Positions 30,976-40,416 of a stretch of DNA of 64,000 nucleotides are shown here, one piece after another; the stretch's first letter is position 1, and each line of letters starts with the position of its first letter. Origin of the DNA: an uncultured delta proteobacterium (GTDB taxonomy: Bacteria > Desulfobacterota > BSN033 > UBA1163); the NCBI GenBank assembly GCA_963827685.1, contig CAWHBU010000001.1, positions 320,001 to 384,000 of the forward strand, written 5' to 3'. Under the pieces are notes generated by a model. That model had not been told where the DNA came from. It saw nothing but the letters and a program-made list of their open reading frames with translations, and did not search any database. Both the position numbers and the translations under genes were made by a program.

Positions 30976-32841
30976 TTGTGGAAATTTCGATTTCTCATTG
31001 TTATTCTCGCCTTTCTCATCCCGAGCTCTTTTTCAAAGGTCTCGTTCGCTCAAAAAGACCTTGGCGTACCGGTGAGGGAAGGCATCTGTTGGGGCACTTT
31101 CGTCGGCCCTGGAAAGACGGGAGAGAAGGATACGATTTACCTTTCCTTCGGACATTACAATGCCCCCCTTTTCGTTCTCGCTGTCAATCCTGATACAGGC
31201 CAAATCCGGCAATTCAACGGTCCTCTCTCCTCTGAGATGGGTTCGTGGGGATTCACCATCGATCATGAAAATCGTATCTATCTTGGGAGTTATTATTCTG
31301 CGCACCTTCTTCGTTTTGATCCGAAGACTGAAAAGTGGGATGATCTCGGGCAGCCTGCTGGAGAGTCTGAGTCTTTCATCTGTAAAATCACAACGGCAAG
31401 AGATGGGAAGATCTGGGGAGGAACTTATCCTTCGGCAAAGCTTTTTTCTTACGATCCCAAGACAGGTGTGATTCAAAATTATGATCGTATGGACCCAGAT
31501 CAGTTCTACTGTTATCCCACGGCTGGCAATGATGGTTTGATCTATTGTGCCATTCAATTTGAGAAGATGGACATTGTTGTCTTCAATCCAGAGAAAAAGA
31601 CCAGGACTTCTCTGATCCCGCAGGAAAGCCGAAAACCTGGTCGCATGAGTTTAGTAAAGGGAAAAGATGGAAAGATTTATTCCAAACTCTCGACTTCAGA
31701 CGAATGGTTCCTCATCGAAGGAGGAGAAAAACTGGTTGAAGTCTCTAAGTCTAATATTCCTTTTGCTCAAAGTGGCCTTCCGGATGGACGAACGTTTAGT
31801 CTCATCGATGGGAGCCTCCTCCGAATTGAGAATCCTTTAACAAAGGAGAAGAAAGAGATTCCTCTCAAATATGAAGCAGCGGGATCCTTCATCTTTGTCG
31901 TCGGCACAGGACCAGATGGTAAAATTTACGGGAGTAGCATGCTCCCTCTAAGACTCTTCGCCTATGATCCCCACACTCAATCTTTCAGAAATCTGGGCAA
32001 GGCCTCCGTTGCCAATGGAGAAGTTTACTCAATGGGGGCCCTCGATGGAAGACTTTATCTCTGCTCCTATCCTGAGGCCAGGCTGTCTGTCTATGATCCG
32101 AACAAGCCGTTAAGATTTGGCGACAACGAGGATGCCAATCCGAGAGACTTAGGGCCCATGGGAGGAGAACTCTATCGACCGAGAGCGATGGTAACTGGAC
32201 CTCATGGGAATGTGTATATCGGGGGTTACCCTGATTATGGACTCCTGGGTGGCGCCGTGAGTGTCTACGATCCAAAGAAAAATGAAAAAAGAGTCTATCG
32301 CCACATTGTCCAGAATCAAAGCATCGCCTCTCTTGCCTATATTGATAAATTAGATCTCATTGCAGCGGGAGGTTCGATAAGGGGTGGGACTGGAACACGC
32401 GCTGTTGAAAAAGAGGCAAAACTCATGCTTTGGGATCCAAAAGAGGAGAAGAAGATTTTTGAGGTCGTCCCCGTTCCTGAAGTTAAGACCATCCTGTCCC
32501 TCGCGGTGACTGGTGAGGGGTTGCTTTATGGAATCACAGACAATGAAAAGGTCTTTGTCTTTGATCCAGAGAGAAGAGAAATCAGAAAGATTCTTGATCT
32601 TGGATTCAAAGAACCAAGGGAAATCTCCCTCCAGCTCGGACCAGACTTAAGACTTTATGGACTGGCGAAGGAGGCCATCTTTTCCATCGATCCAAGAAAC
32701 GATCAGATATCTCTTGTAACGAAACCCACTGTCGCAATTCATTCAGGGATGGCGATGCTCGGCCGAAAAATCTATTTTGGGTCAGGTGCAAATCTCTGGG
32801 AATTTGAGATCCCTCTCGAGCCCAGTAAACCAGTCGAGTAA
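30976..32841 (+). CDS. secreted beta-propeller repeat protein (start uncertain)
   Basis: Signal-like N-terminus; repeated DGKIYG / lfxYDP units. Confidence 0.75.
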   Translation: MWKFRFLIVILAFLIPSSFSKVSFAQKDLGVPVREGICWGTFVGPGKTGEKDTIYLSFGHYNAPLFVLAVNPDTGQIRQFNGPLSSEMGSWGFTIDHENRIYLGSYYSAHLLRFDPKTEKWDDLGQPAGESESFICKITTARDGKIWGGTYPSAKLFSYDPKTGVIQNYDRMDPDQFYCYPTAGNDGLIYCAIQFEKMDIVVFNPEKKTRTSLIPQESRKPGRMSLVKGKDGKIYSKLSTSDEWFLIEGGEKLVEVSKSNIPFAQSGLPDGRTFSLIDGSLLRIENPLTKEKKEIPLKYEAAGSFIFVVGTGPDGKIYGSSMLPLRLFAYDPHTQSFRNLGKASVANGEVYSMGALDGRLYLCSYPEARLSVYDPNKPLRFGDNEDANPRDLGPMGGELYRPRAMVTGPHGNVYIGGYPDYGLLGGAVSVYDPKKNEKRVYRHIVQNQSIASLAYIDKLDLIAAGGSIRGGTGTRAVEKEAKLMLWDPKEEKKIFEVVPVPEVKTILSLAVTGEGLLYGITDNEKVFVFDPERREIRKILDLGFKEPREISLQLGPDLRLYGLAKEAIFSIDPRNDQISLVTKPTVAIHSGMAMLGRKIYFGSGANLWEFEIPLEPSKPVE

Positions 32842-33022
32842 AAGTGTTTTCATCCTCTCTCCGTCTTTGGTTTGATCATAGCCCCGTCGAAATAGGAAGT
32901 TCGCTCTATTTTTAGAAACGGATTTTTATACTCTGTTTACATTGAATTTCCAAAATCTAAGTATTAAATGTTATAATGACCCTGTAGCATGATGACTATT
33001 CAAGTATACGCCTGACCGTAGG

Positions 33023-34000
33023 ATGACCATGGGTAGCTATGATCTTTGCCTGACATGGAACTGGGAATACGACGCTGACTTTGTTAAGCTCCTTGACCTG
33101 GCATGCAAATCACGAGGATTATCATTGCTGCAAATAACCCCCGAAAGTCTTGAGGATATGATCCATTCCCTTGGAAATGAAGAAATTACCTTCAGGACTT
33201 TCTTTGACCGGGCGGCCGATGCAGATCCACGCTTTATTCCAATTGTTCAATGGGCCTGCGGTCATGCGGTTCATCATATCAACTCTCACGAATTAGCATG
33301 CCGGGCATGGGATAAGGTCGCTATGCATCAAGCCATCAGCATGGGTATGGACACACCCATTACCCTCATCCTCCCGTCCTATGATGAACAACCTTTGCTC
33401 CCGGAGATTGACCTCGCTTCGGTGGGTCAGAGTTTCATCATCAAACCCGCATACGGAGGGGGTGGAGACGGGGTGATCATCGAAGCTACTTCGCTGAATC
33501 AGGTGGTTGTTGCCCGGCAGGAGTTCCCCTCTCAGAGGTATTTGCTCCAGGCCCATGTCACCCCGGCTCGGCTGGGTTCCCGGATGGCGTGGTTCCGGGT
33601 CGTTTACTGTGCCGGAAAGGCGTATCCATGTTGGTGGGACAACGGCACGCATATTTATGCTCCTGTCATTTCTGACGAAGAGACTTGCTATCACCTCGGG
33701 TCGCTGCGTCGCATCACTTCTTCCATTGCCCGCATGTGTGGGCTGGAATTGTTCTCTACCGAAATCACCCTCACCCCTGAGGGTCGTTTTGTCATTGTAG
33801 ATTATGTTAATGATCCGATTGATTTACGTCTTCAATCCAAGGCGTTTGATGGTGTCCCTGATGATATTGTCCGGGATATTGCGGAATGTCTGGCCGAGCT
33901 CGTCCTGAGTCATTCCTCTCCTTCACAAAGCCAAGGCTTCATCCGATCGATTACCCCTTCCATCACCGGAAGCGCTCTGAAACTCGCTGGAACAGAATAA
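33023..34000 (+). CDS. ATP-grasp-fold hypothetical protein
   Basis: DK, FIIKPAYGGGGDGV, YLLQAHV, DYVND. Confidence 0.65.
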   Translation: MTMGSYDLCLTWNWEYDADFVKLLDLACKSRGLSLLQITPESLEDMIHSLGNEEITFRTFFDRAADADPRFIPIVQWACGHAVHHINSHELACRAWDKVAMHQAISMGMDTPITLILPSYDEQPLLPEIDLASVGQSFIIKPAYGGGGDGVIIEATSLNQVVVARQEFPSQRYLLQAHVTPARLGSRMAWFRVVYCAGKAYPCWWDNGTHIYAPVISDEETCYHLGSLRRITSSIARMCGLELFSTEITLTPEGRFVIVDYVNDPIDLRLQSKAFDGVPDDIVRDIAECLAELVLSHSSPSQSQGFIRSITPSITGSALKLAGTE

Positions 34001-34146
34001 AATCAGGGGCTCCGTTAAATGGAAGCGGGATTTTTATTTAATGAAAGTTCTGATAAGGCTCTGGCCGGTACTGGCCCGATGACGAGATGCGAGTTTTTCT
34101 TCGCGCCGGTACGGAGCGGCCAGGACTTCGGCCGAGCACCCTTCAA

Positions 34147-35469
34147 TTAAAAGCGGGAACCTCCGCCCCCGAAACCACTGCCATGGTTCCCCCCTTGATG
34201 GGACGTGGAAAAACCTTTGCTCCCCACCCCGGATGAACCGAAGTGCTGGCCTCCGCCTCGCGGAGGTGGGCTGAATGACCGGGTTTCACCCGTGGAGGGT
34301 CTTTGAAAGTTCATCCCGTTTAGTCCATTCATCCTGCGGTCGATAGCAGGTGATCTTCTCTGATCACCATTTCGACCGTTGAAACCTGAAGGTCTACTTC
34401 CCCTGCTATAAACTTGCCTTTCAGTACCGCGGTCAGACCTCGAGTAGGCGGAATCTCTATCATTGAGTCCTCTACCTGTTATCGGCATTGAGGGACGGTT
34501 CAAAGCCACTCGATCACGGCTACGCTCGAAGATTGACCGGGCACCCTTCCTGGCCTCCGTAGAATTAAATCCTGTCCCACGAGGTGTATCTTTGCCTCCA
34601 AAAATGCTTCCAGCTTGTCTCCTCGCGGGATCGACGGCAAAGATCCTTCCCGTCCTGTGATCCCTGATGTGATTGGTAATAACACACGCATGCCTATGTA
34701 CAAGGATCACTCTATGAAAATCACGGAGAACAAAGAACCCCGGAAAGAAAAACCCGGAGCACCAAAATGGGCTGGGGACCCAGGCGTACATGTAGTAATA
34801 ATCCAAGGGCGGGGCATAGTAGGTCACTACAGGAGGGCCTTCGGTATCGTAGTAATTATTGATCACAGATGGTTCAGCGTACTGAGGAGTTGTCGGAGAT
34901 GGACTTTCAACGTATCTGTCTGGTACTTCAGCAATGATAGGTAACTGAAGTTCCACCGCAGTCGTCCGGAATACCTTTAGAGCCTCATTCTTTCTCATCG
35001 GCAATTTTTTGGCATCTGCCGCTTCACCCACAGCTTTTTCCAATTCTCCGATGACGTCAGGAGTCACGGGATAATCGGCAATCCATCCGTTTTTGGGTGC
35101 AATACCGGCCGAAGCCAACGTGCTCTCAGCTTCTGCCTCGCTTTTGGCTTGCCCTATCTTAAGCACCTCAGCCAGTTTGATCGCAAAGTCTCCCTCACGG
35201 ATCAGGGTCTGCGCGACCGGGGGTGGTTGCGTTGCCGTCTCCCCAGACTGTGCGCCAGCTGTGATGTTTCCAGGAGGGGGTTGGGAGGGGGTTGAGGGTC
35301 CCATTTTCGGCATGCTTACTTCCTCAACCTTATTGCGATAATCACGAGGGACTTTGCTATAGTCGTCTGTAAAGTTTACTACACCTCCCTCATCAGCCCA
35401 TTTGTAAACAGTAGCCGATGCAGAGGAAGCAATAATAAGTATGCATAAAACAAAAGGAAGTTTCTTCAT
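34147..35469 (-). CDS. secreted DUF4124-like protein with a low-complexity Arg/Gly/Ser tail
   Basis: Signal peptide, VYKWADEGGVVNFTD. Confidence 0.75.
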   Translation of the reverse strand: MKKLPFVLCILIIASSASATVYKWADEGGVVNFTDDYSKVPRDYRNKVEEVSMPKMGPSTPSQPPPGNITAGAQSGETATQPPPVAQTLIREGDFAIKLAEVLKIGQAKSEAEAESTLASAGIAPKNGWIADYPVTPDVIGELEKAVGEAADAKKLPMRKNEALKVFRTTAVELQLPIIAEVPDRYVESPSPTTPQYAEPSVINNYYDTEGPPVVTYYAPPLDYYYMYAWVPSPFWCSGFFFPGFFVLRDFHRVILVHRHACVITNHIRDHRTGRIFAVDPARRQAGSIFGGKDTPRGTGFNSTEARKGARSIFERSRDRVALNRPSMPITGRGLNDRDSAYSRSDRGTERQVYSRGSRPSGFNGRNGDQRRSPAIDRRMNGLNGMNFQRPSTGETRSFSPPPRGGGQHFGSSGVGSKGFSTSHQGGNHGSGFGGGGSRF

Positions 35470-35761
35470 CTCTTTTCCTCCATTTTAATTAAGAAATGAA
35501 CATTGACGTCCAAGAAGTGCTTTTCTTCCTTGTAAAAGTTCTTGATAACATGCTGTCTTTCCATACTTTTCCGTAATGCTTTATCTCGTTTATTGCAACC
35601 CGTTGGCCGATAGATTCTCCAATTAATTTTTTAGACGTATTATAGAGGTATTTTATTCAAAATTCCTCAAACCTCTTTCCCCATCCAGGCTTTTTCACGA
35701 TGATGCAGACAAATCGAATTATGGAGGCAAAATGGAAGGAATTACTAATCAACCTTTACTT

Positions 35762-36748
35762 CTATCTCTTGCAAGAGCTTGATTCTTGGATGATTTTCCC
35801 AAATCCTTTCAGTTTTTCCTCTTGTTCTCTCAGCAGAAGGTGAGATTCTTCGATTGAGATGGGTTTGAATCGGACTCGATTCCCAGGCTTTAGTTGGGCG
35901 ATCCTGGGTAAGTCCGTTGAGATGATCGTGGCAATCTTTGTATAACCTCCGGTGACCAACTCCGCTAAGATGATAATGGGTTTCCCGTCCCCAGGAACCT
36001 GAATCGCCCCTGAGATCAAGCCCTCTGAAATGATCGACTCCTCCACATCGGATCGTCTCTCGATCTTGGGACCTTCTAATCGAACTCCCATTCGGTCGCA
36101 TTGAGGAGTGACTTGATAGGGTGAGGAATAAAATGTTTGGGATCCTTTTTCTGTAAAGTGGTGATTCTGAGGTCCCGCAATTACCCTGAGAGGTGTTTCC
36201 TCCTCCAGAGAGGGGATCCAATCCCTTGGACATCGAAGACCCAACTTGTCAAGAGAAGCTGAGATATCAGGAGTATAAAGAATATCTCCTCGTCTCAACT
36301 TCCTACCTTCCAACCCACCAAAATTCCCTGAAAGATAGGTTGAGCAGCTCCCCATGATTTTTGGAACAACAAATCCTCCACTCACAGCCAGGTAAGCACG
36401 GCACCCTGTTTGGACCTTCTTGAAGGCGATGACATCGCCTTCTACCAGAAGATGGGTTCTCCACATCTCCAAGGGCTCCTCGTTTAATGCAGGAGAGAAA
36501 TCTCCACCCGTGATGGCAATGACAACCTCCCTCAGAGCCTTTATTTTCAAACCCATGAGTGTGGTCTCGAGGCCAGCCTCTTCTTCTCTGTTTCCAACCA
36601 ACAGGTTGCCAATTCTGAAAGAAGAGGTGTCCAGGGCTCCAGAGGGAGGGACCCCGAACTGACTGAAACCGTATCGACCCAGATCCTGAATCGTGGTTAG
36701 AATGCCAGACTCCAGGACCTCAAAGGCTGCAAGTTTCTTATCTTCCAA
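35762..36748 (-). CDS. pxpC: 5-oxoprolinase subunit C
   Basis: TTIQDLGR, GCRAYLAV, DRMGVRL, GAIQVP, TGGY; TTG start after GAGGA. Confidence 0.9.
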   Translation of the reverse strand: MEDKKLAAFEVLESGILTTIQDLGRYGFSQFGVPPSGALDTSSFRIGNLLVGNREEEAGLETTLMGLKIKALREVVIAITGGDFSPALNEEPLEMWRTHLLVEGDVIAFKKVQTGCRAYLAVSGGFVVPKIMGSCSTYLSGNFGGLEGRKLRRGDILYTPDISASLDKLGLRCPRDWIPSLEEETPLRVIAGPQNHHFTEKGSQTFYSSPYQVTPQCDRMGVRLEGPKIERRSDVEESIISEGLISGAIQVPGDGKPIIILAELVTGGYTKIATIISTDLPRIAQLKPGNRVRFKPISIEESHLLLREQEEKLKGFGKIIQESSSCKR

Positions 36749-36784
36749 GTTTTCCTCGAATGAACCCGAATGTGGAACCGGAAA

Positions 36785-36952
36785 GGTCAAATGTCAATCC
36801 CGCCGAGGCGGGACCAAATGTCAAATGAATTATAAATGGCTCCATGTCAGAAATCTCTTCTTTAATCAACTTTGCCATTTGATCTTGGGATTTCATTTGA
36901 ACTTGATTCACCATCGGTTCATCACTTCGTACGCACTTTGACATTTGGCATT
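36785..36952. repeat. heptamer foldback (GTCAAAT / ATTTGAC units) with nested inserts
   Basis: gtcaaatgtcaa..caaatgtcaaatg ... catttgatcttgg..catttgaac..tttgacatttggcatt; 36903-36947 matches 3563-3607 at 41/45. Confidence 0.75.
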
Positions 36953-36963
36953 ACTTCTTATCT

Positions 36964-37653
36964 CTATATTCTCCATTCCTTAAACTCCTTCTCGCTGATC
37001 GGATAGAATTGGACAAAGTCTCCCATTTGAAGCAGAGCCGGAGGATCTTTCTCGGGGTCGAACAGTTCCACCGGGGTTCGGCCGAGAATCTGCCACCCTC
37101 CCGGGCTCTCCGCAGAATAAATTCCTGTCTGTCTCTGTGCAATGGCCACAGAGCCTTTGGGAACGGATAGCCTTGGTGTTTTGAGCCGCGGGATCGCCAA
37201 TGCCTGAGGAAGTTCTCCCATGTAAGGAAATCCAGGCATAAAACCAATCATATAGATCAGATAAGGTTTGCTGCAATGGAGTTGGATCACTCCCTCGGGA
37301 GAGACCTGATGATACTTCGCCACCTCTTCCAAATCAGGACCATAGATACCACCATAAGCGACCGGGATGTGTGTCAACTTGGGCTCCGGAAGAGGAGTGT
37401 GCTGAAGCCCTTCTTCTATCCGGCTCAATCTTTTTTTTAGGTCTTCGAAGGGGAGAATCACCGGATTGTAAATGATGAGTAATGACCGGTAGGTCGGAAC
37501 GGTTTCAACGATCCCGTCCATGGCTTCAGCCTGGATGGAGAGAGCCATCCTTTTCACCTTCTCATTGATCTCGCGACTGATTTCGTCCCCGAATTCAAGG
37601 AGAAGACCACGATCACCCATCAGATAAAAATGTGTCTTAGGGTAGAGACCCAT
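36964..37653 (-). CDS. pxpB: 5-oxoprolinase subunit B
   Basis: VPTYRSL, GPDL, GFMPGFPY, SPGGWQILGRT. Confidence 0.92.
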   Translation of the reverse strand: MGLYPKTHFYLMGDRGLLLEFGDEISREINEKVKRMALSIQAEAMDGIVETVPTYRSLLIIYNPVILPFEDLKKRLSRIEEGLQHTPLPEPKLTHIPVAYGGIYGPDLEEVAKYHQVSPEGVIQLHCSKPYLIYMIGFMPGFPYMGELPQALAIPRLKTPRLSVPKGSVAIAQRQTGIYSAESPGGWQILGRTPVELFDPEKDPPALLQMGDFVQFYPISEKEFKEWRI

Positions 37654-37665
37654 AATTTCTTTGAA

Positions 37666-37755
37666 CAAGGATTCGAGGATTCGAGGGGTCAAGGGTTCAA
37701 GGTCAAACTCAAATTGTCACTCGACCACTTGAATCCTAGACCCCTTGACCCCTTT
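37666..37755. repeat. octamer foldback (GGRTTCRA / TTGACCCC units)
   Basis: ggattcgaggattcgaggggtcaagggttcaagg ... ctcgaccacttgaatcctagaccccttgacccct. Confidence 0.75.
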
Positions 37756-37762
37756 ATGTTCA

Positions 37763-38548
37763 TCAAACAAACCATTTCATCGGGATGACAACCACGCCAG
37801 CGTCCTTCAATTCCTGTCGAATCCTCTTCACCATTTCAACGGCGGCAGGATTATCGCCATGGACACAGAGCGTATCTGCTTGAAGCTTGATCTCTGTCCC
37901 ATCGATGGCAATCACTTTTCCCTCCAGGGCCATCTTCAGCGCCCTTTTTGCGACGATCTCATGATCGTGGATCACGGCCCCTTTCTCTCTTCGAGAGACC
38001 AAAGAACCGTCTTTGTGATAGGCTCGATCTGGAAAGGCCTCAAAGGCAATGCGGATGCCATGATGTTTTCCAATCTCGAGAAGAGGGTCCTTTTTTGAAG
38101 AGGCCAAGGCAACCAGAATGATTTCTCGATCCACCTTCGCCAGTGCTTCTGCGATAGCCTCCCATATTTTGGGATTTGCCACGGCCATATTGTAAAGGCT
38201 TCCATGTGGCTTCACATGTTGAAGTCTCAGTCCTTGCGATTGGACAAAAGCTTGAAGAGCTCCTGTTTGATAGACAACATCATCCTGAATCTCCTCAAGA
38301 GTGGCATCGATATTTCTTCTTCCAAATCCCGTGAGATCCGGAAATCCAGGATGGGCTCCCACCTCCACGCCGTATTGCTTTGCCAAAATGACTGTCTTTC
38401 GCATCACACCAGGATCCCCGGCATGGAATCCACAGGCAATGTTGGCTGAGGTGATGTGAGGGATCACCTCTTCGTCAAGTCCCAGTTTGTAAACACCAAA
38501 ACTTTCCCCAACGTCAGAGTTCATGTCTATCTGGATCTTTTTCGTCAT
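37763..38548 (-). CDS. pxpA: 5-oxoprolinase subunit A (LamB/YcsF)
   Basis: DMNSDVGES, ANIACGFHAGD, HVKPHG, CVHGD. Confidence 0.94.
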   Translation of the reverse strand: MTKKIQIDMNSDVGESFGVYKLGLDEEVIPHITSANIACGFHAGDPGVMRKTVILAKQYGVEVGAHPGFPDLTGFGRRNIDATLEEIQDDVVYQTGALQAFVQSQGLRLQHVKPHGSLYNMAVANPKIWEAIAEALAKVDREIILVALASSKKDPLLEIGKHHGIRIAFEAFPDRAYHKDGSLVSRREKGAVIHDHEIVAKRALKMALEGKVIAIDGTEIKLQADTLCVHGDNPAAVEMVKRIRQELKDAGVVVIPMKWFV

Positions 38549-38664
38549 ATTCCCGTCTCCTGTGGCTTTAGATTATGATATCCATAAGAAAACTCTTGAC
38601 AAATACTAATTTAAAATGGATAAATAAATCAATATCATAATAGGGCAAGGGAGGTGAGGAAAAT

Positions 38665-38736
38665 ATGTCGTGCGGCATGAAGCATCCCAAGGCGAAGAAG
38701 GCAACGAAAAAGGCCAAACCTAAGAAAAAGAAATAA
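38665..38736 (+). CDS. 23-aa Lys-rich small protein
   Basis: MSCGMKHPKAKKATKKAKPKKKK after GGAGGTGA SD; TTGACA at 38596. Confidence 0.6.
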   Translation: MSCGMKHPKAKKATKKAKPKKKK

Positions 38737-38863
38737 GTGGAGGGATATTCAGGGGGAAAGAATTTTTTACTTGACATAGAAACGGATTTTTGTTATCCGT
38801 TTTCTCTATACCATGTTTTCGCGTGCGCTTCTTCTGAAATATCATGAAAGGAGGTGAAGGGTG

Positions 38864-39025
38864 ATGAGGAAATGGGTGAGCATTTTTTTGGCATTAGGGA
38901 TGTTGGCAGGTTTTGCTTTAGGGTGTGCAGGGATTTCGAAAGACGCAAAGGTGAAATGCCCCAAATGCGGTGCCGTCTTCACAGTGGATGAAGGCATAGC
39001 TGAAGCTCAGAAGAAAGGCTACTAA
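38864..39025 (+). CDS. 53-aa small lipoprotein with a CPKC motif
   Basis: MRKWVSIFLALGMLAGFALG-C lipobox-like site, VKCPKCGAVF; AAGGAGGTGA SD. Confidence 0.75.
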   Translation: MRKWVSIFLALGMLAGFALGCAGISKDAKVKCPKCGAVFTVDEGIAEAQKKGY

Positions 39026-39077
39026 TCCCACCCCATTAAAGAAGATTAACTATTATCCTCTGGAGGAAAGGGAGAGA

Positions 39078-39116
39078 ATTAAAAAGGGAAGAGATTTGCT
39101 CTTCCCTTTTTAATTT
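39078..39116. terminator. bidirectional intrinsic terminator
   Basis: AATTAAAAAGGGAAGAG-atttg-CTCTTCCCTTTTTAATT between convergent genes. Confidence 0.85.
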
Positions 39117-39147
39117 TGTAATCACACCTTAATTTCACAACCTGATA

Positions 39148-39855
39148 CTAAATCTGAAATTCCGCAGAAGGATTTTCTCTGTTCAGGACGGCCGAAAAGA
39201 GGATACCCCTTAAATATTTTGGAATCAGCTGAGAGAGCTCGAGGATGATTTCATCGGCCCGCTCTCTTCCCACTTCACCCAACACATCAATGGGGATGAA
39301 GATATTTTTCGTTTTCTCCGTCGCTTTGTCCTTCTCACACTGACGCCATACCCAATTTCGGGTCAACACCTCTCGGTCATCACAATAGACCAGTTCTCCC
39401 TTTGGCACCGTCACCGTCTCCACGCCCCCCATTGAAGTAAAGGGCTCCCATCCCTCTGCAAACCGGAGATGAATATTTCCCTCAATGGTGTCCAGATCAT
39501 GGCCTCCCATGGGGATTAAAAATCTTAAAGAGACGCTATTATAGAGATCAACAAGGGGGTTAATCTTCGGAAACGGATCTCCTTTCAGAACCCTCCTTGC
39601 CATGGATTCAATGGAACTTTGAAATTTGCTTCCTGGAATACCCAATTTCGAGAAGGCCGTTCTCCATGGTTTGATCCTTGGATGGTCCTGGGCCTTGTCA
39701 CCGATGAAATTTTTTTTCATGTCCTCGACAGCCTGGGTGAGAAGGTCAGCAATCTCTTTGGAAGGGTGGGTATTGTCCACATTCTTAGCCACCGCCATCC
39801 CAATGGTGAGATCAGGCAGGATATCGAATAATTCCTTCTGAATAGAGAAAAACAT
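39148..39855 (-). CDS. stand-alone B3/B4 (PheRS beta-like) domain protein
   Basis: WRTAF, SSIESMARR, INPLVDLYN, GHDLD, WVWRQ. Confidence 0.85.
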   Translation of the reverse strand: MFFSIQKELFDILPDLTIGMAVAKNVDNTHPSKEIADLLTQAVEDMKKNFIGDKAQDHPRIKPWRTAFSKLGIPGSKFQSSIESMARRVLKGDPFPKINPLVDLYNSVSLRFLIPMGGHDLDTIEGNIHLRFAEGWEPFTSMGGVETVTVPKGELVYCDDREVLTRNWVWRQCEKDKATEKTKNIFIPIDVLGEVGRERADEIILELSQLIPKYLRGILFSAVLNRENPSAEFQI

Positions 39856-40016
39856 CTCTTCCTCCTTTCACCCCTCGAGGCTCGTAAAGAGAGCAGCAGG
39901 GTTTTATTCCCCCCCTAACACTCTGCCAATCAAATGTCAACCAATAGATCTATTTGCTATCAGCCATCCGCTAACCCTCCTTGACGAACGAGCCCATTTT
40001 CTATAGAGTGATTTCG

Positions 40017-40193
40017 ATGGATTTAAAGCCCAACATGGTGGGTGCTTTATACCTGCTACGTACGTCCGCGATCGGCGGCTTCATCTTGAGCTTTAAGACC
40101 GGAGGCAAGATTCCCGAGGGTTTGATTGCCTTAGGCCCAGCCGCCGTCGAGGTCTTGGCAGGCTTGTTAGCTCCGTCATCGATGACAAGATAA
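40017..40193 (+). pseudogene. remnant of a small membrane protein
   Basis: ..IPEGLIALGPAAVEVLAGLLAPS looks like a hydrophobic C-terminus with a degraded N-terminus. Confidence 0.35.
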
Positions 40194-40416
40194 ACCCTTC
40201 TAATCCTCTTCCCAAGGGGGAGAGGATCGAGGTGAGCAGGAGTCAAAGAATTTGTTGCCCCCCAATGGGTATTTTAATAAAATCACTTCAATTCCAGCCT
40301 GGGCGCTGCCTCGGGTGGGTCGTGCCCTTCAACCATCGGAAGAGAGTTAGTAGGAAGAATTGGAGAATGTCAAAAAGTTAATATTCCCTTAAGATTTCTC
40401 TTGAGAGGCATATAAA

